NCBI GenBank assembly: GCA_964016885.1
Contig: OZ024749.1
Location: 11,904,001-11,968,000, forward strand
Direction of reading: 5' to 3'
Length of the DNA stretch: 64,000 nt
From: Eledone cirrhosa
Taxonomy: Eukaryota
Positions within the stretch are counted from its first letter, which is position 1, and every line of letters starts with the position of its first letter. The translations under genes were made by a program, and so were the position numbers. This document shows, piece by piece, positions 15,701 to 29,376 of the stretch. The notes beneath the pieces are model-generated. The model saw only the letters and a program-made list of their open reading frames with translations, was not told where the DNA came from and searched no databases.

Positions 15701-18700
15701 CATAGGTGAGATGTGAGAGGGGAGAGACTGGAAGAGAATTACATAGGTGAGATGTGAGAGGGGAGAGACTGGAAGAGAATTACATAGGTGAGATGTGAGA
15801 GACTGGGAGAGAATTACATAGGTGAGATGTGAGAGGGGGAGAGACTGGGAGAGAATTACATATGTGAGAGGGGAGAGACTGGGAGAGAATTACATAGGTG
15901 AGATGTGAGAGGGGAGAGACTGGGAGAGAATTACATAGGTGAGATGTTAGAGGGGAGAGACTGGGAGAGAATTACATAGGTGAGATGTGAGAGGGGAGAG
16001 AATTACATAGGTGAGATGTGAGAGGGGAGAGAATTACATAGGTGAGATGTGAGAGGGGAGAGACTGGGAGAGAATTACATAGGTGAGATGTGAGAGGGGG
16101 AGAGACTGGGAGAGAATTACATATGTGAGAGGGGAGAGACTGGGAGAGAATTACATAGGTGAGATGTGAGAGGGGAGAGACTTGGAGAGAATTACATAGG
16201 TGAGATGTGAGAGGGGAGAGACTTGGAGAGAATTACATAGGTGAGATGTGAGAGACTTGGAGAGAATTACATAGGTGAGATGTGAGAGGGGAGAGACTTG
16301 GAGAGAATTACATAGGTGAGATGTGAGAGGGGAGAGACTGGGAGAGAATGACATAGGTGAGATGTGAGAGGGGAGAGACTTGGAGAGAATTACATAGGTG
16401 AGATGTGAGAGGGGAGAGACTTGGAGAGAATTACATAGGTGAGATGTGAGAGGGGAGAGACTTGGAGAGAATTACATAGGTGAGATGTGAGAGGGGAGAG
16501 ACTGGGAGAGAATTACATAAGTGAGATGTGAGAGGGGAGAGACTTGGAGAGAATTACATAGGTGAGATGTGAGAGGGGAGAGACTTGGAGAGAATTACAT
16601 AGGTGAGATGTGAGAGACTTGGAGAGAATTACATAGGTGAGATGTGAGAGACTTGGAGAGAATTACATAGGTGAGATGTGAGAGACTTGGAGAGAATTAC
16701 ATAGGTGAGATGTGAGAGACTTGGAGAGAATTACATAGGTGAGATGTGAGAGGGGAGAGACTTGGAGAGAATTACATAGGTGAGATGTGAGAGGGGAGAG
16801 ACTGGGAGAGAATTACATAGGTGAGATGTGAGAGAGGAGAGACTGGGAGAGAATTACATAGGTGAGATGTGAGAGACTGGGAGAGAATTACATAGGTGAG
16901 ATGTGAGAGGGGAGAGACTGGAAGAGAATTACATAGGTGAGATGTGAGAGGGGAGAGACTGGGAGAAAATTACATAGGTGAGATGTGAGACGGGAGAGAC
17001 TGGGAGAGAATTACATAGGTGAGATGTGAGAGGGGAGAGCCTGGGAGAGAATTACATATGTGAGAAGGGAGAGACTGGGAGAGAATTACATAGGTGAGAT
17101 GTGAGAGGGGAGAGACTGGGAGAGAATTACATAGGTGAGATGTGAGAGGGGAGAGAATTACATAGGTGAGATGTGAGAGGGGAAAGACTGGAAGAGAATT
17201 ACATAGGTGAGATGTGAGAGGGGAGAGACTGGAAGAGAATTACATAGGTGAGATGTGAGACGGGAGAGACTGGGAGAGAATTACATAGGTGAGATGTGAG
17301 GGGGGAGAGACTGGAAGAGAATTACATAGGTGAGATGTGAGAGGGGAGAGACTGGAAGAGAATTACATAGGTGAGATGTGAGAGGAGAGAGACTGGGAAA
17401 AAATTACATAGGTGAGATGTGAGAGGGGGAGAGACTGGGAGAGAATTACATATGTGAGAGGGGAGAGAATTACATAGGTGAGATGTGAGAAGAGAGAGAC
17501 TCGGAGAGAATTACATAGGTGAGATGTGAGAGACTGGGAGAGAATTACATAGGTGAGATGTGAGAGGGGAGAGACTTGGAGAGAATTACATAGGTGAGAT
17601 GTGAGAGGGGAGAGACTGGAAGAGAATTACATAGGTGAGATGTGAGAGGGGAGAGACTGGGAGAGAATTACATAAGTGAGATGTGAGAGGGGAGAGACTG
17701 GGAGAGAATTACATAGGTGAGATGTGAGAGACTTGGAGAGAATTACATAGGTGAGATGTGAGAGGGGAGAGACTGGAAGAGAATTACATAGGTGAGAGGG
17801 GAGAGGCTGGGAGAGAATTACATAAGTGAGATGTGAGAGGGGAGAGACTGGGAGAGAATTACATAAGTGAGATGTGAGAGGGGAGAGACTGGGAGAGAAT
17901 TACATAGGTGAGATGTGAGAGGGGAGAGACTGGGAGAGAATTACATAGGTGAGATGTGAGAGGGGGAGAGACTTGGAGAGAATTACATAGGTGAGATGTG
18001 AGAGGGGAGAGACTTGGAGAGAATTACATAGGTGAGATGTGAGAGGGGAGAGAATTACATAGGTGAGATGTGAGAGAGGAGAGACTGGGAGAGAATTACA
18101 TAGGTGAGATGTGAGAGGGGAGAGACTGGGAGAGAATTACATAGGTGAGATGTGAGAGGGGGAGAGACTGGGAGAGAATTACATAGGTGAGATGTGAGAG
18201 GGGAGAGACTGGGAGAAAATTACATAGGTGAGATGTGAGACGGGAGAGACTGGGAGAGAATTACATAGGTGAGATGTGAGAAGAGAGAGACTCGGAGAGA
18301 ATTACATAGGTGAGATGTGAGAGGGGAGAGACTGGGAGAGAATTACATAGGTGAGATGTGAGAGGGGAGAGACTTGGAGAGAATTACATAGGTGAGATGT
18401 GAGAGGGGAGAGACTGGAAGAGAATTACATAGGTGAGATGTGAGAGGGGAGAGACTGGGAGAGAATTACATAAGTGAGATGTGAGAGGGGAGAGACTGGG
18501 AGAGAATTACATAGGTGAGATGTGAGAGGGGAGAGACTGGGAGAGAATTACATAAGTGAGATGTGAGAGGGGAGAGACTGGGAGAGAATTACATAAGTGA
18601 GATGTGAGAGGGGAGAGACTGGGAGGGAATTACATAGGTGAGATGTGAGAGGGGAGAGACTGGGAGAGAATTACATAGGTGAGATGTGAGAGGGGGAGAG

Positions 18701-21700
18701 ACTGGGAGAGAATTACATAGGTGAGATGTGAGAGGGGAGAGACTGGGAGAGAATTACATAGGTGAGATGTGAGAGGGGAGAGACTGGAAGAGAATTACAT
18801 AGGTGAGATGTGAGAGGGGAGAGAATTACAGAGGTGAGATGTGAGAGGGGAGAGACTGGGAGAGAATTACATAGGTGAGATGTGAGAGGGGAGAGACTGG
18901 GAGAGAATTACATATGTGAGAGGGGAGAGACTGGAAGAGAATTACATAGGTGAGATGTGAGAGGGGAGTGACTGGAAGAGAATTACAGAGGTGAGATGTG
19001 AGAGGGGAGAGACTGGAAGAGAATTACATAGGTGAGATGTGAGAGGGGAGAGCCTGGGAGAGAATTACATACGTGAGATGTGAGAGGGGAGAGACTGGAA
19101 GAGAATTACATAGGTGAGATGTGAGAGGGGAGAGACTGGAAGAGAATTACATAGGTGAGATGTGAGAGGGGAGAGACTGGAAGAGAATTACATAGGTGAG
19201 ATGTGAGAGGGGAGAGACTGGGAGAGAATTACATAGGTGAGATGTGAGAGGGGGAGAGACTGGGAGAGAATTACATAGGTGAGATGTGAGAGGGGAGAGA
19301 CTGGGAGAGAATTACATAGGTGAGATGTGAGAGACTGGGAGAGAATTACATAGGTGAGATGTGAGAGGGGAGAGACTGGAAGAGAATAACATAGGTGAGA
19401 TGTGAGAGGGGAGAGACTGGGAGAAAATTACATAGGTGAGATGTGAGACGGGAGAGACTGGGAGAGAATTACATAGGTGAGATGTGAGAGGGGAGGGACT
19501 GGGAGATAATTACATATGTGAGAGGGGAGAGACTGGGAGAGAATTACATAGGTGAGATGTGAGAAGGGAGAGACTGGGAGAGAATTACATAGGTGAGATG
19601 TGAGAGGGGAGAGAATTACATAGGTGAGATGTGAGAGGGGAGAGACTGGAAGAGAATTACATAGATGAGATGTGAGAGGGGAGAGACTGGGAGAGAATTA
19701 CATAGGTGAGATGTGAGAGGGGAGAGACTGGAAGAGAATTACATAGGTGAGATGTGAGAGGGGAGAGACTGGAAGAGAATTACATAGGTGAGATGTGAGA
19801 GACTGGGAGAGAATTACATAGGTGAGATGTGAGAGGGGGAGAGACTGGGAGAGAATTACATATGTGAGAGGGGAGAGACTGGGAGAGAATTACATAGGTG
19901 AGATGTGAGAGGGGAGAGACTGGGAGAGAATTACATAGGTGAGATGTTAGAGGGGAGAGAATTACATAGGTGAGATGTGAGAGGGGAGAGAATTACATAG
20001 GTGAGATGTGAGAGGGGAGAGAATTACATAGGTGAGATGTGAGAGGGGAGAGACTGGGAGAGAATTACATAGGTGAGATGTGAGAGGGGGAGAGACTGGG
20101 AGAGAATTACATATGTGAGAGGGGAGAGACTGGGAGAGAATTACATAGGTGAGATGTGAGAGGGGAGAGAATTACATAGGTGAGATGTTAGAGGGGAGAG
20201 ACTGGGAGAGAATTACATAGGTGAGATGTGAGAGGGGGAGAGAATTACATAGGTGAGATGTGAGAGGGGAGAGAATTACATAGGTGAGATGTGAGAGGGG
20301 AGAGACTGGGAGAGAATTACATAGGTGAGATGTGAGAGGGGGAGAGACTGGGAGAGAATTACATATGTGAGAGGGGAGAGACTGGGAGAGAATTACATAG
20401 GTGAGATGTGAGAGGGGAGAGACTGGGAGAGAATTACATAGGTGAGATGTTAGAGGGGAGAGACTGGGAGAGAATTACATAGGTGAGATGTGAGAGGGGG
20501 AGAGAATTACATAGGTGAGATGTGAGAGGGGAGAGACTGGGAGAGAATTACATAGGTGAGATGTGAGAGGGGAGAGACTGGGAGAGAATTACATAGGTGA
20601 GATGTGAGAGACTGGGAGAGAATTACATAGGTGAGATGTGAGAGGGGGAGAGACTGGGAGAGAATTACATATGTGAGAGGGGAGAGACTGGGAGAGAATT
20701 ACATAGGTGAGATGTGAGAGGGGAGAGACTGGGAGAGAATTACATAGGTGAGATGTGAGAGGGGGAGAGACTGGGAGAGAATTACATATGTGAGAGGGGA
20801 GAGACTGGGAGAGAATTACATAGGTGAGATGTGAGAGGGGAGAGACTGGGAGAGAATTACATAGGTGAGATGTGAGAGGGGAGAGACTGGGAGAGAATTA
20901 CATAGGTGAGATGTGAGAGGGGAGAGACTGGAAGAGAATTACATAGGTGAGATGTGAGAGGGGAGAGACTGGAAGAGAATTACATAGGTGAGATGTGAGA
21001 GGGGAAAGACTGGGAGAGAATTACATAGGTGAGATGTGAGAGGGGAGAGACTGGGAGAGAATTACATAGGTGAGATGTGAGAGGGGAGAGACTGGGAGAG
21101 AATTACATAGGTGAGATGTGAGAGGGGAGAGACTGGAAGAGAATTACATAGGTGAGATGTGAGAGGGGAGAGACTGGAAGAGAATTGCATAGGTGAGATG
21201 TGAGAGGGGAAAGACTGGGAGAGAATTACATAGGTGAGATGTGAGAGGGGAGAGACTGGGAGAGAATTACATAGGTGAGATGTGAGAGACTGGAAGAGAA
21301 TTACATAGGTGAGATTTGAGAGGGGAGAGACTGGAAGAGAATTACATAGGTGAGATGTGAGAGGGGAGAGACTGGAAGAGAATTACAGAGGTGAGATGTG
21401 AGAGGGGAGAGAATTACATAGGTGAGATGTGAGAGGGGAGAGACTGGGAGAGAATTACATAGGTGAGATGTGAGAGGGGAGAGAATTACATAGGTGAGAT
21501 GTGAGAGGGGAGAGACTGGGAGAGAATTACATAGGTGAGATGTGAGAGGGGAGAGAATTACATAGGTGAGATGTGAGAGGGGAGAGACTGAAAGAGAATT
21601 ACATAGGTGAGATGTGAGAGGGGAGAGACTGGAAGAGAATTACATAGGTGAGATGTGAGACGGGAGAGACTGGGAGAGAATTACATAGGTGAGATGTGAG

Positions 21701-24700
21701 AGGGGAGAGACTGGAAGAGAATTACATAGGTGAGATGTGAGAGGGGAGAGACTGGAAGAGAATTACATAGGTGAGATGTGAGAGGGGAGAGAATTACATA
21801 TGTGAGATGTGAGAGGGGAGAGACTGGGAGAGAATTACATAGGTGAGATGTGAGAGAGGGAGAGACTGGGAGAGAATTACATATGTGAGAGGGGAGAGAC
21901 TGGGAGAGAATTACATAGGTGAGATGTGAGAGGGGAGAGACTGGGAGAAAATTACATAGGTGAGATGTGAGAGGGGAGAGACTGGGAGAGAATTACATAG
22001 GTGAGATGTGAGAGGGGGAGAGACTGGGAGAGAATTACATAGGTGAGATGTGAGAGGGGAGAGACTGGGAGAGAATTACATAGGTGTATGTGAGAGAGGA
22101 GAGACTGGGAGAGAATTACATAGGTGAGATGTGAGAGGAGGAGAGACTGGAAGAGAATTACATAGGTGTATGTGAGAGGGGAGAGACTGGAAGAGAATTA
22201 CATAGGTGAGATGTGAGAGGGGAGAGACTGGGAGAGAATTACATAGGTGAGATGTAAGAGGGGAGAGACTGGAAGAGAATTACATAGGTGAGATGTGAGA
22301 AGGGAGAGACTGGGAGAGAATTACATAGGTGTATGTGAGAGGGGAGTGACTGGGAGAGAATTACATAGGTGAGATGTGAGAGGAGGAGAGACTGGAAGAG
22401 AATTACATAGGTGTATGTGAGAGGGGAGAGACTGGAAGAGAATTACGTAGGTGAGATGTGAGAGGGGAGAGACTGGAAGAGAATTACATAGGTGAGATGT
22501 GAGAGGGGAGAGACTGGGAGAGAATTACATAGGAGAGATGTGAGAGGGGAGAGACTGGAAGAGAATTACATAGGTGAGATGTGAGAGGGGAGAGACTGGG
22601 AGAGAATTACATAGGTGAGATGTGAGAGGGGAGAGAATTACACAGGTGGGATGTGAGAGGGGAGAGACTGGAAGAGAATTACATAGGTGAGATGTGAGAT
22701 GGGAGAGACTGGGAGAGAATTACATAGGTGAGATGTGAGAGGGGGAGAGACTGGGAGAGAATTACATATCTGAGAGGGGGAGAGACTGGGAGAGAATTAC
22801 ATATGTGAGAGGGGAGAGACTGGGAGAGAATTACATAGGTGAGATGTGAGAGGGGAGAGACTGGAAGAGAATTAGATAGGTGAGATGTGAGAGGGGAGAG
22901 AATTACATAGGTGAGATGTGAGAGGGGAGAGACTGGGAGAGAATTACATAGGTGAGATGTGAGAGGGGAGAGACTGGAAGAGAATTACATAGGTGAGATG
23001 TGAGAGGGGAGAGACTGAAAGAGAATTACATAGGTGAGATGTGAGAGGGGAGAGACTGAAAGAGAATTACATAGGTGAGATGTGAGAGGGGAGAGAATTA
23101 CATAGGTGAGATGTGAGAGAGGAAAGACTGGGAGAGAATAACATAGGTGAGATGTGAGAGACTGGGAGAGAATTACATAGGTGAGATGTGAGAGGGGAGA
23201 GACTGGAAGAGGATTACATAGGTGAGATGTGAGAGGGGAGAGACTGGGAGAGAATTACATAGGTGAGATGTGAGAGGGGAGAGACTGGAAGAGAATTACA
23301 TAGGTGAGATGTGAGAGGGGAGAGACTGGGAGAGAATTACATAGGTGAGATGTGAGAGGGGAGAGACTGGGAGAGAATTACATAGGTGAGATGTGAGAGG
23401 GGAGAGAATTACACAGGTGAGATGTGAGAGGGGAGAGACTGGAAGAGAATTACATAGGTGAGATGTGAGACGGGAGAGACTGGGAGAGAATTACATAGGT
23501 GAGATGTGAGAGGGGGAGAGACTGGGAGAGAATTACATATGTGAGAGGGGAGAGACTGGGAGAGAATTACATAGGTGAGATGTGAGAGGGGAGAGACTGG
23601 AAGAGAATTACATAGGTGAGATGTGAGAGGGGAGAGACTGGAAGAGAATTACAAAGGTGAGATGTGAGAGGGGAGAGAATTACATAGGTGAGATGCGAGA
23701 GAGGAAAGACTGGGAGAGAATTACATAGGTGAGATATGAGAGGGGAGAGAATTACATAGGTGAGATGTGAGAGGGGAGAGACTGGGAGAGAATTACATAG
23801 GTGAGATGTGAGAGACTGGAAGAGAATTACATAGGTGAGATGTGAGAGACTGGAAGAGAATTACATAGGTGAGATGTGAGAGACTGGAAGAGAATTACAT
23901 AGGTGAGATGTGAGAGGGGAGAGACTGGGAGAGAATTACATAGGTGAGATGTGAGAGGGGAGAGACTGGAAGAGAATTACATAGGTGAGATGTGAGAGGG
24001 GAGAGAATTACATAGGTGAGATGTGAGAGACTGGAAGAGAATTACATAGGCGAGATGTGAGAGACTGGAAGAGAATTACATAGGTGAGATGTGAGAGACT
24101 GGAAGAGAATTACATAGGTGAGATGTGAGAGGGGAGAGACTGGGAGAGAATTACATAGGTGAGATGTGAGAGGGGCGAGACTGGAAGAGAATTACATAGG
24201 TGAGATGTGAGAGGGGAGAGAATTCCATAGGTGAGATGTGAGAGGGGAGAGACTGGGAGAGAATTACATAGGTGAGATGTGAGAGGGGAGAGACTGGGAG
24301 AGAATTACATAGGTGAGATGTGAGAGGGGAGAGACTGGAAGAGAATTACATAGGTGAGATGTGAGAGGGGAGAGAATTACATAGGTGAGATGTGAGAGGG
24401 GAGAGACTGGGAGAGAATTAGATAGGTGAGATGTGAGAGGGGAGAGACTGGAAGAGAATTACATAGATGAGATGTGAGAGGGGAGAGACTGGAAGAGAAT
24501 TACATAGGTGAGATGTGAGAGGGGAGAGAATTACATAGGTGAGATGTGAGAGGGGAGAGACTGGAAGAGAATTACATAGGTGAGATGTGAGAGGGGAGAG
24601 ACTGGGAGAGAATTACATAGGTGAGATGTGAGAGGAGAGAGACTGGGAGAGAATTACATAGGTGAGATGTGAGAGGGGAGAGACTGGAAGAGAATTACAT

Positions 24701-25283
24701 AGGTGAGATGTGAGAGGGGAGAGACTGGGAGAGAATTACATAGGTGAGATGTGAGAGAGGAGAGACTGGAAGAGAATTACATAGGTGAGACGTGGGAGGG
24801 GAGAGACTGGGAGAGAATTACATAGGTGAGATGTGAGAGAGGAGAGACTGGGAGAGAATTACATAGGTGAGATGTGAGAGAGGAGAGACTGGAAGAGAAT
24901 TACATAGGTGAGATGTGAGAGGGGAGCGAATTACATAGGTGAGATGTGAGAGGGGAGAGACTGGGAGAGAATTACATAGGTGAGATGTGAAGGGGAGAGA
25001 CTGGGAGAGAATTACATAGGTGAGATGTGAGAGGGGAGAGACTGGAAGAGAATTACATCGGTGTATGTGAGAGGGGAGAGTCTGGGAGAGAATTACATAG
25101 GTGAGATGTGAGAGGGGGAGAGACTGGAAGAGAATTACATAGGTGTATGTGAGAGGGGAGAGACTGGGAGAGAATTACATAGGTGAGATGTGAGAGAGGG
25201 AGAGACTGGAAGCGAATTACATAAGTGAGATGTGAGAGGGGGAGAGACTGGAAGAGAATTACATAGGTGAGATGTGAGAGACT
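701..25283. repeat. 41-bp purine-rich satellite (GAATTACATAGGTGAGATGTGAGAGGGGAGAGACTGGGAGA)n, roughly 600 units, with 31-, 32- and 34-bp deletion variants
   Basis: Continuous periodicity in the same orientation on both sides of the gap; CTGGGA/CTTGGA/CTGGAA variants. Confidence 0.98.
6142..6341. other. Assembly gap (200 N) inside the 41-bp satellite
   Basis: Exactly 200 Ns; a round number suggests a scaffolding placeholder, so the true array length is unknown. Confidence 0.97.
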
Positions 25284-25491
25284 ATCAGAATAGAATTTGT
25301 GATTTAGGAAGTTCAACTGTAAATCTGGTATTCCGTTTAAATTTGTGAAGATGTGGCAAAAAAGTGAAAAGCTCATCAGAACAATTACTATGAAATTATT
25401 TAGAACAAAGTCAGAGACAACATTTCAACAGTCTAACAGTGATTGAAGCTGACATGATTAGTCAGGATCAATAATTATAAAGAATACTTAC

Positions 25492-25701
25492 GTTCATCTT
25501 GTGTATAGACATTGTCCTGACATCTGCCATAAGTTATGAGGAAAACCTCATTATCAACATAGGACGAACCAGGTTCTTGGCAAGCCTTGATAATATTCTT
25601 GGGATTATCACAAATGCCACCGGCCCCTGTATCTTTCTCGTAAGTGAAGTGGAAGATTCCTTCAAATGTATTTTTACAACTTACAGTCTTAGGATTCTTC
25701 A
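25492..25701 (-). CDS. Coding exon 5 (210 bp, phase 1-1) of an uncharacterised secreted/cell-surface Cys-rich protein gene
   Basis: Acceptor ttttatttttggaAG|TG and donor GAAC|GTAAGT; reads (L)KNPKTVSCKNTFEGIFHFTYEKDTGAGGICDNPKNIIKACQEPGSSYVDNEVFLITYGRCQDNVYTQDE, in frame with exon 4. Confidence 0.9.
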
Positions 25702-25796
25702 CTTCCAAAAATAAAATAGAAATTTTAAAATGATAGTTTTGAAAAAATAAAACTCTATAAGAAATTTAACAATGGTTTTGTTAGTATATGCCAGGT

Positions 25797-25926
25797 CATT
25801 CTGGCAGGGTCCTTCCAAACATTCTGGCTAGGCCCTCCCAACATTCTGGCTGGGCCCTCCCAACATTCTGGCTGGGCCCTCCCAACATTCTGGCAGGGTC
25901 CCTCCAAACATTCTGGCTGGGCCCTC
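25797..25926. repeat. 22/23-bp minisatellite (ACATTCTGGCTGGGCCCTCCCA)n, ~6 copies
   Basis: Visible tandem periodicity in intron 4. Confidence 0.9.
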
Positions 25927-26274
25927 TACAGAATCTTTTAACCACTGTTTTGGTTAACTTTTTTTTGTGCCTTTTAAAAACATTTTTTTTTGTTCTTTTA
26001 TTTTTGAGGTTTTTCAAAAGAAAAGTTGGTAAAGTCTTCAAGGAATATATTTCAGGTAATTTTTTTTTATAAATTCAATTTTCTAAATCTGGGAGTGCGC
26101 CATTGAAAAGTTTTGGGGAAAAGAAAAGGTGGGGGAGTGCCATCCTGTGCCCTGTTAGGACAACAGGTCAACAATGTGCATCATTTAATTTTGAAAATAA
26201 AAATTTGGAGGAATTTAATAGAATAACTGTTTTGTCAGTAAGCTGGTGTTCGGAAAATAACTTACAAAAGGTTC

Positions 26275-27100
26275 TTCTTTTCCCACTTATTTCTTAGAGG
26301 GTTGTGGGGGTGGAGTCCTTAAACACTCCTTTCCAGCAAGTCCTGTTAGAAGCAACTGTCTCCAACTGATCCAGCTAGATCCCCAAGTGAGACTAGCCAA
26401 GCTCATGGATATCCAACCATCTTGCTTGAGGTCTACATCTGGCTCTCTCGCCAGTTGGTATTACCCTTAAAATCTGTCCAGCGATTCGTTCCTGAGACAT
26501 TCTAACAACATGCCTATTGTTTCGGAGCTGTAATTTCTCAATTTGGAGAAGTAGCAACTCTACCTGGAGTGACTCTCTCATCTCTGAGCTACTCCAAAGA
26601 CCCTTTGGAGGAACCCCATTTCAGCTGCTTGTATTCGCGATCATTTTCTTTCAGTCATTACTTAACGTAAGGGCTGGCATTAATACTGAAAGACAACAAG
26701 CTTGGCTTTTACGCCTACCTCCCTTCTTCTGATTACTGGATGCTGAAGCTGGTGCATTACTGCACCAGCTCCTGCAATTCTTGCACTTAATTCAGCCTCC
26801 TGCCTTCCATCACTTGTGCACACAGCCCCAAGATACTTGAACTTCTCTACCTGCTTCAGTGGAACTCCATTTACATATAGAGTGCACTGCACAGGCTTCC
26901 TTGAGAGGACAAATGTCTCAGTTTTTGCAGCACTGATTTTCATTCCAGCCATGCAGCACTCGGCATCAAACCTATCTTATGCAAGTTGGAGATCATCTTC
27001 TGTTGTGTTAAATAACACCATGTCTGCAAATTCAAGTCGACTGATTTTACACCCACCAGTTGTGATACCATTTCCAGCCCGGTTGCACATGTCAATCCTG
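26275..27100 (-). mobile_element. 5'-truncated, decayed RTE-clade LINE (RT C-terminal part plus 3' end)
   Basis: Translation includes FADMVL...DDLQ and MKISAAKTETFVLSRKPVQCTLYVNGVPLKQVEKFKYLG, typical of RTE RT motifs 5-7; contains stops and frameshifts. Confidence 0.85.
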
Positions 27101-29376
27101 TCATTAACCCTGTCATTACCATATTTCTAATGAAAGACAGTCTATGTCATTAACCCTTTCATTACCATATTTCTAATGAAAGACACTGTCTATGTCATTA
27201 ACCCTTTCATTACCATATTTCTAATGAAAGATACTGTCTATGTCATTAACCCTTTCATTACCATATTTCTAATGAAAGATACTGTCTATGTCATTAACCC
27301 TTTCATTACCATATTTCTAATGAAAGATACTGTCTATGTCATTAACCCTTTCATTACCATATTTCTAATGAAAGATACTGTCTATGTCATTAACCCTTTC
27401 ATTACCATATTTCTAATGAAAGACACTGTCTATGTCATTAACCCTTTCATTACCATATTTCTAATGAAAGATACTGTCTATGTCATTAACCCTTTCATTA
27501 CCATATTTCTAATGAAAGACACTGTCTATGTCATTAACCCTTTCATTACCATATTTCTAATGAAAGATACTGTCTATGTCATTAACCCTTTCATTACCAT
27601 ATTTCTAATGAAAGACACTGTCTATGTCATTAACCCTTTCATTACCATATTTCTAATGAAAGATACTGTCTATGTCATTAACCCTTTCATTACCATATTT
27701 CTAATGAAAGACACTGTCTATGTCATTAACCCTTTCATTACCATATTTCTAATGAAAGATACTGTCTATGTCATTAACCCTTTCATTACCATATTTCTAA
27801 TGAAAGACACTGTCTATGTCATTAACCCTTTCATTACCATATTTCTAATGAAAGACACTGTCTATGTCATTAACCCTTTCATTACCATATTTCTAATGAA
27901 AGACACTGTCTATGTCTTTGACCCTTTCTTTACCATATTTCTAATGAAAGACACTGTCTATGCCTTTAACCCTTTCATTACCATATTTCTAATGAAAGAC
28001 ACTGCCTATGTCATTAACCCTTTCATTACCATATTTCTAATGAAAGACACTGTCTATGTCATTAACTCTGTCATTGCCATATTTCTAATGAAAGATACTG
28101 TCTATGTCATTAACCCTTTCATTACCATATTTCTAATGAAAGACACGGTCTATGTCATTAAACCTTTCATTAACATATTTCTAATGAAAGACACTGTCTA
28201 TGACATTAACCCTTTCATTACCATATTTCTAATGAAAGACACTGCCTATGTCATTAACCCTTTCATTACCATATTTCTAATGAAAGACACTGTCTATGTC
28301 ATTAACTCTGTCATTGCCATATTTCTAATGAAAGACACTGTCTATGTCATTAATCCTTTCTTTACCATATTTCTAATGAAAGACACTGTCTATGTCATTA
28401 ACCCTTTCATTACCATATTTCTAATGAAAGACACTGTCTATGTCATTAACCCTGTCATTACCATATTTCTAATGAAAGACACTGTCTATGTCTTTAACCC
28501 TTTCATTCCCATATTTCTAATGAAAGACACTGTTTATATCATTAACCCTTTCATTAACATATTTCTAATGAAAGACACAGTTTATATCATTAACCCTTTC
28601 ATTACCATATTTCTAATGAAAGACACTGTTTATATCATTAACCCTTTCATTACCATATTTCTAATGAAAGACACTGTCTATGTCTTTGACCCTTTCATTG
28701 CCATATTTCTAATGAAAGACACTGTCTATGTCATTAACCCTTTCATTACCATATTTCTAATGAAAGACACTGTCTATGTCATTAACCCTTTCATTACCAT
28801 ATTTCTAATGAAAGACACTGCCTATGTCATTAACCCTTTCATTACCATATTTCTAATGAAACACACTACCTATGTCATTAACCCTGTCATTACCATATTT
28901 CTAATGAAAGACACTGTCTATGTCTTTAACCCTTTCATTCCCATATTTCTAATGAAAAACACTGTCTATGTCATTAACCCTTTCATTACCATATTTCTAA
29001 TGAAAGACACTGTTTATATCATTAACAATTTCATTACCATATTTCTAATGAAAGACACTGTTTATATCATTAACCCTTTCATTAACATATTTCTAATGAA
29101 AGACACTGTTTATATCATTAACCCTTTCATTACCATATTTCTAATGAAAGACACTGTCTATGTCTTTGACCCTTTCATTACCATATTTCTAATGAAAGAC
29201 ACTGTCTATGTCATTAACCCTTTCATTACCATATTTCTAATGAAAGACACTGTCTATGTCATTAACCCTTTCATTACCATATTTCTAATGAAAGACACTG
29301 CCTATGTCATTAACCCTTTCATTACCATATTTCTAATGAAACACACTACCTATGTCATTAACCCTTTCATTACCAT
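27101..29376. repeat. 48-bp minisatellite (TTAACCCTTTCATTACCATATTTCTAATGAAAGACACTGTCTATGTCA)n, ~47 copies
   Basis: Exact 48-bp periodicity, which produces the 16-aa repeat of the 736-aa ORF. Confidence 0.98.

Noticed and set aside
701-25283. CRISPR-like or coding interpretation of the 41-bp array
   Set aside because: Head-to-tail monomers without unique spacers, no cas genes, eukaryotic context. ORFs at 12062, 16151 and 25053 are repeat translations, and those at 6123/6130 run through Ns.
701-25283. TAG|GTGAGA in every unit as a recursive-splicing ratchet point
   Set aside because: The motif is on the + strand, antisense to the only gene found, and is preceded by purines rather than a pyrimidine tract.
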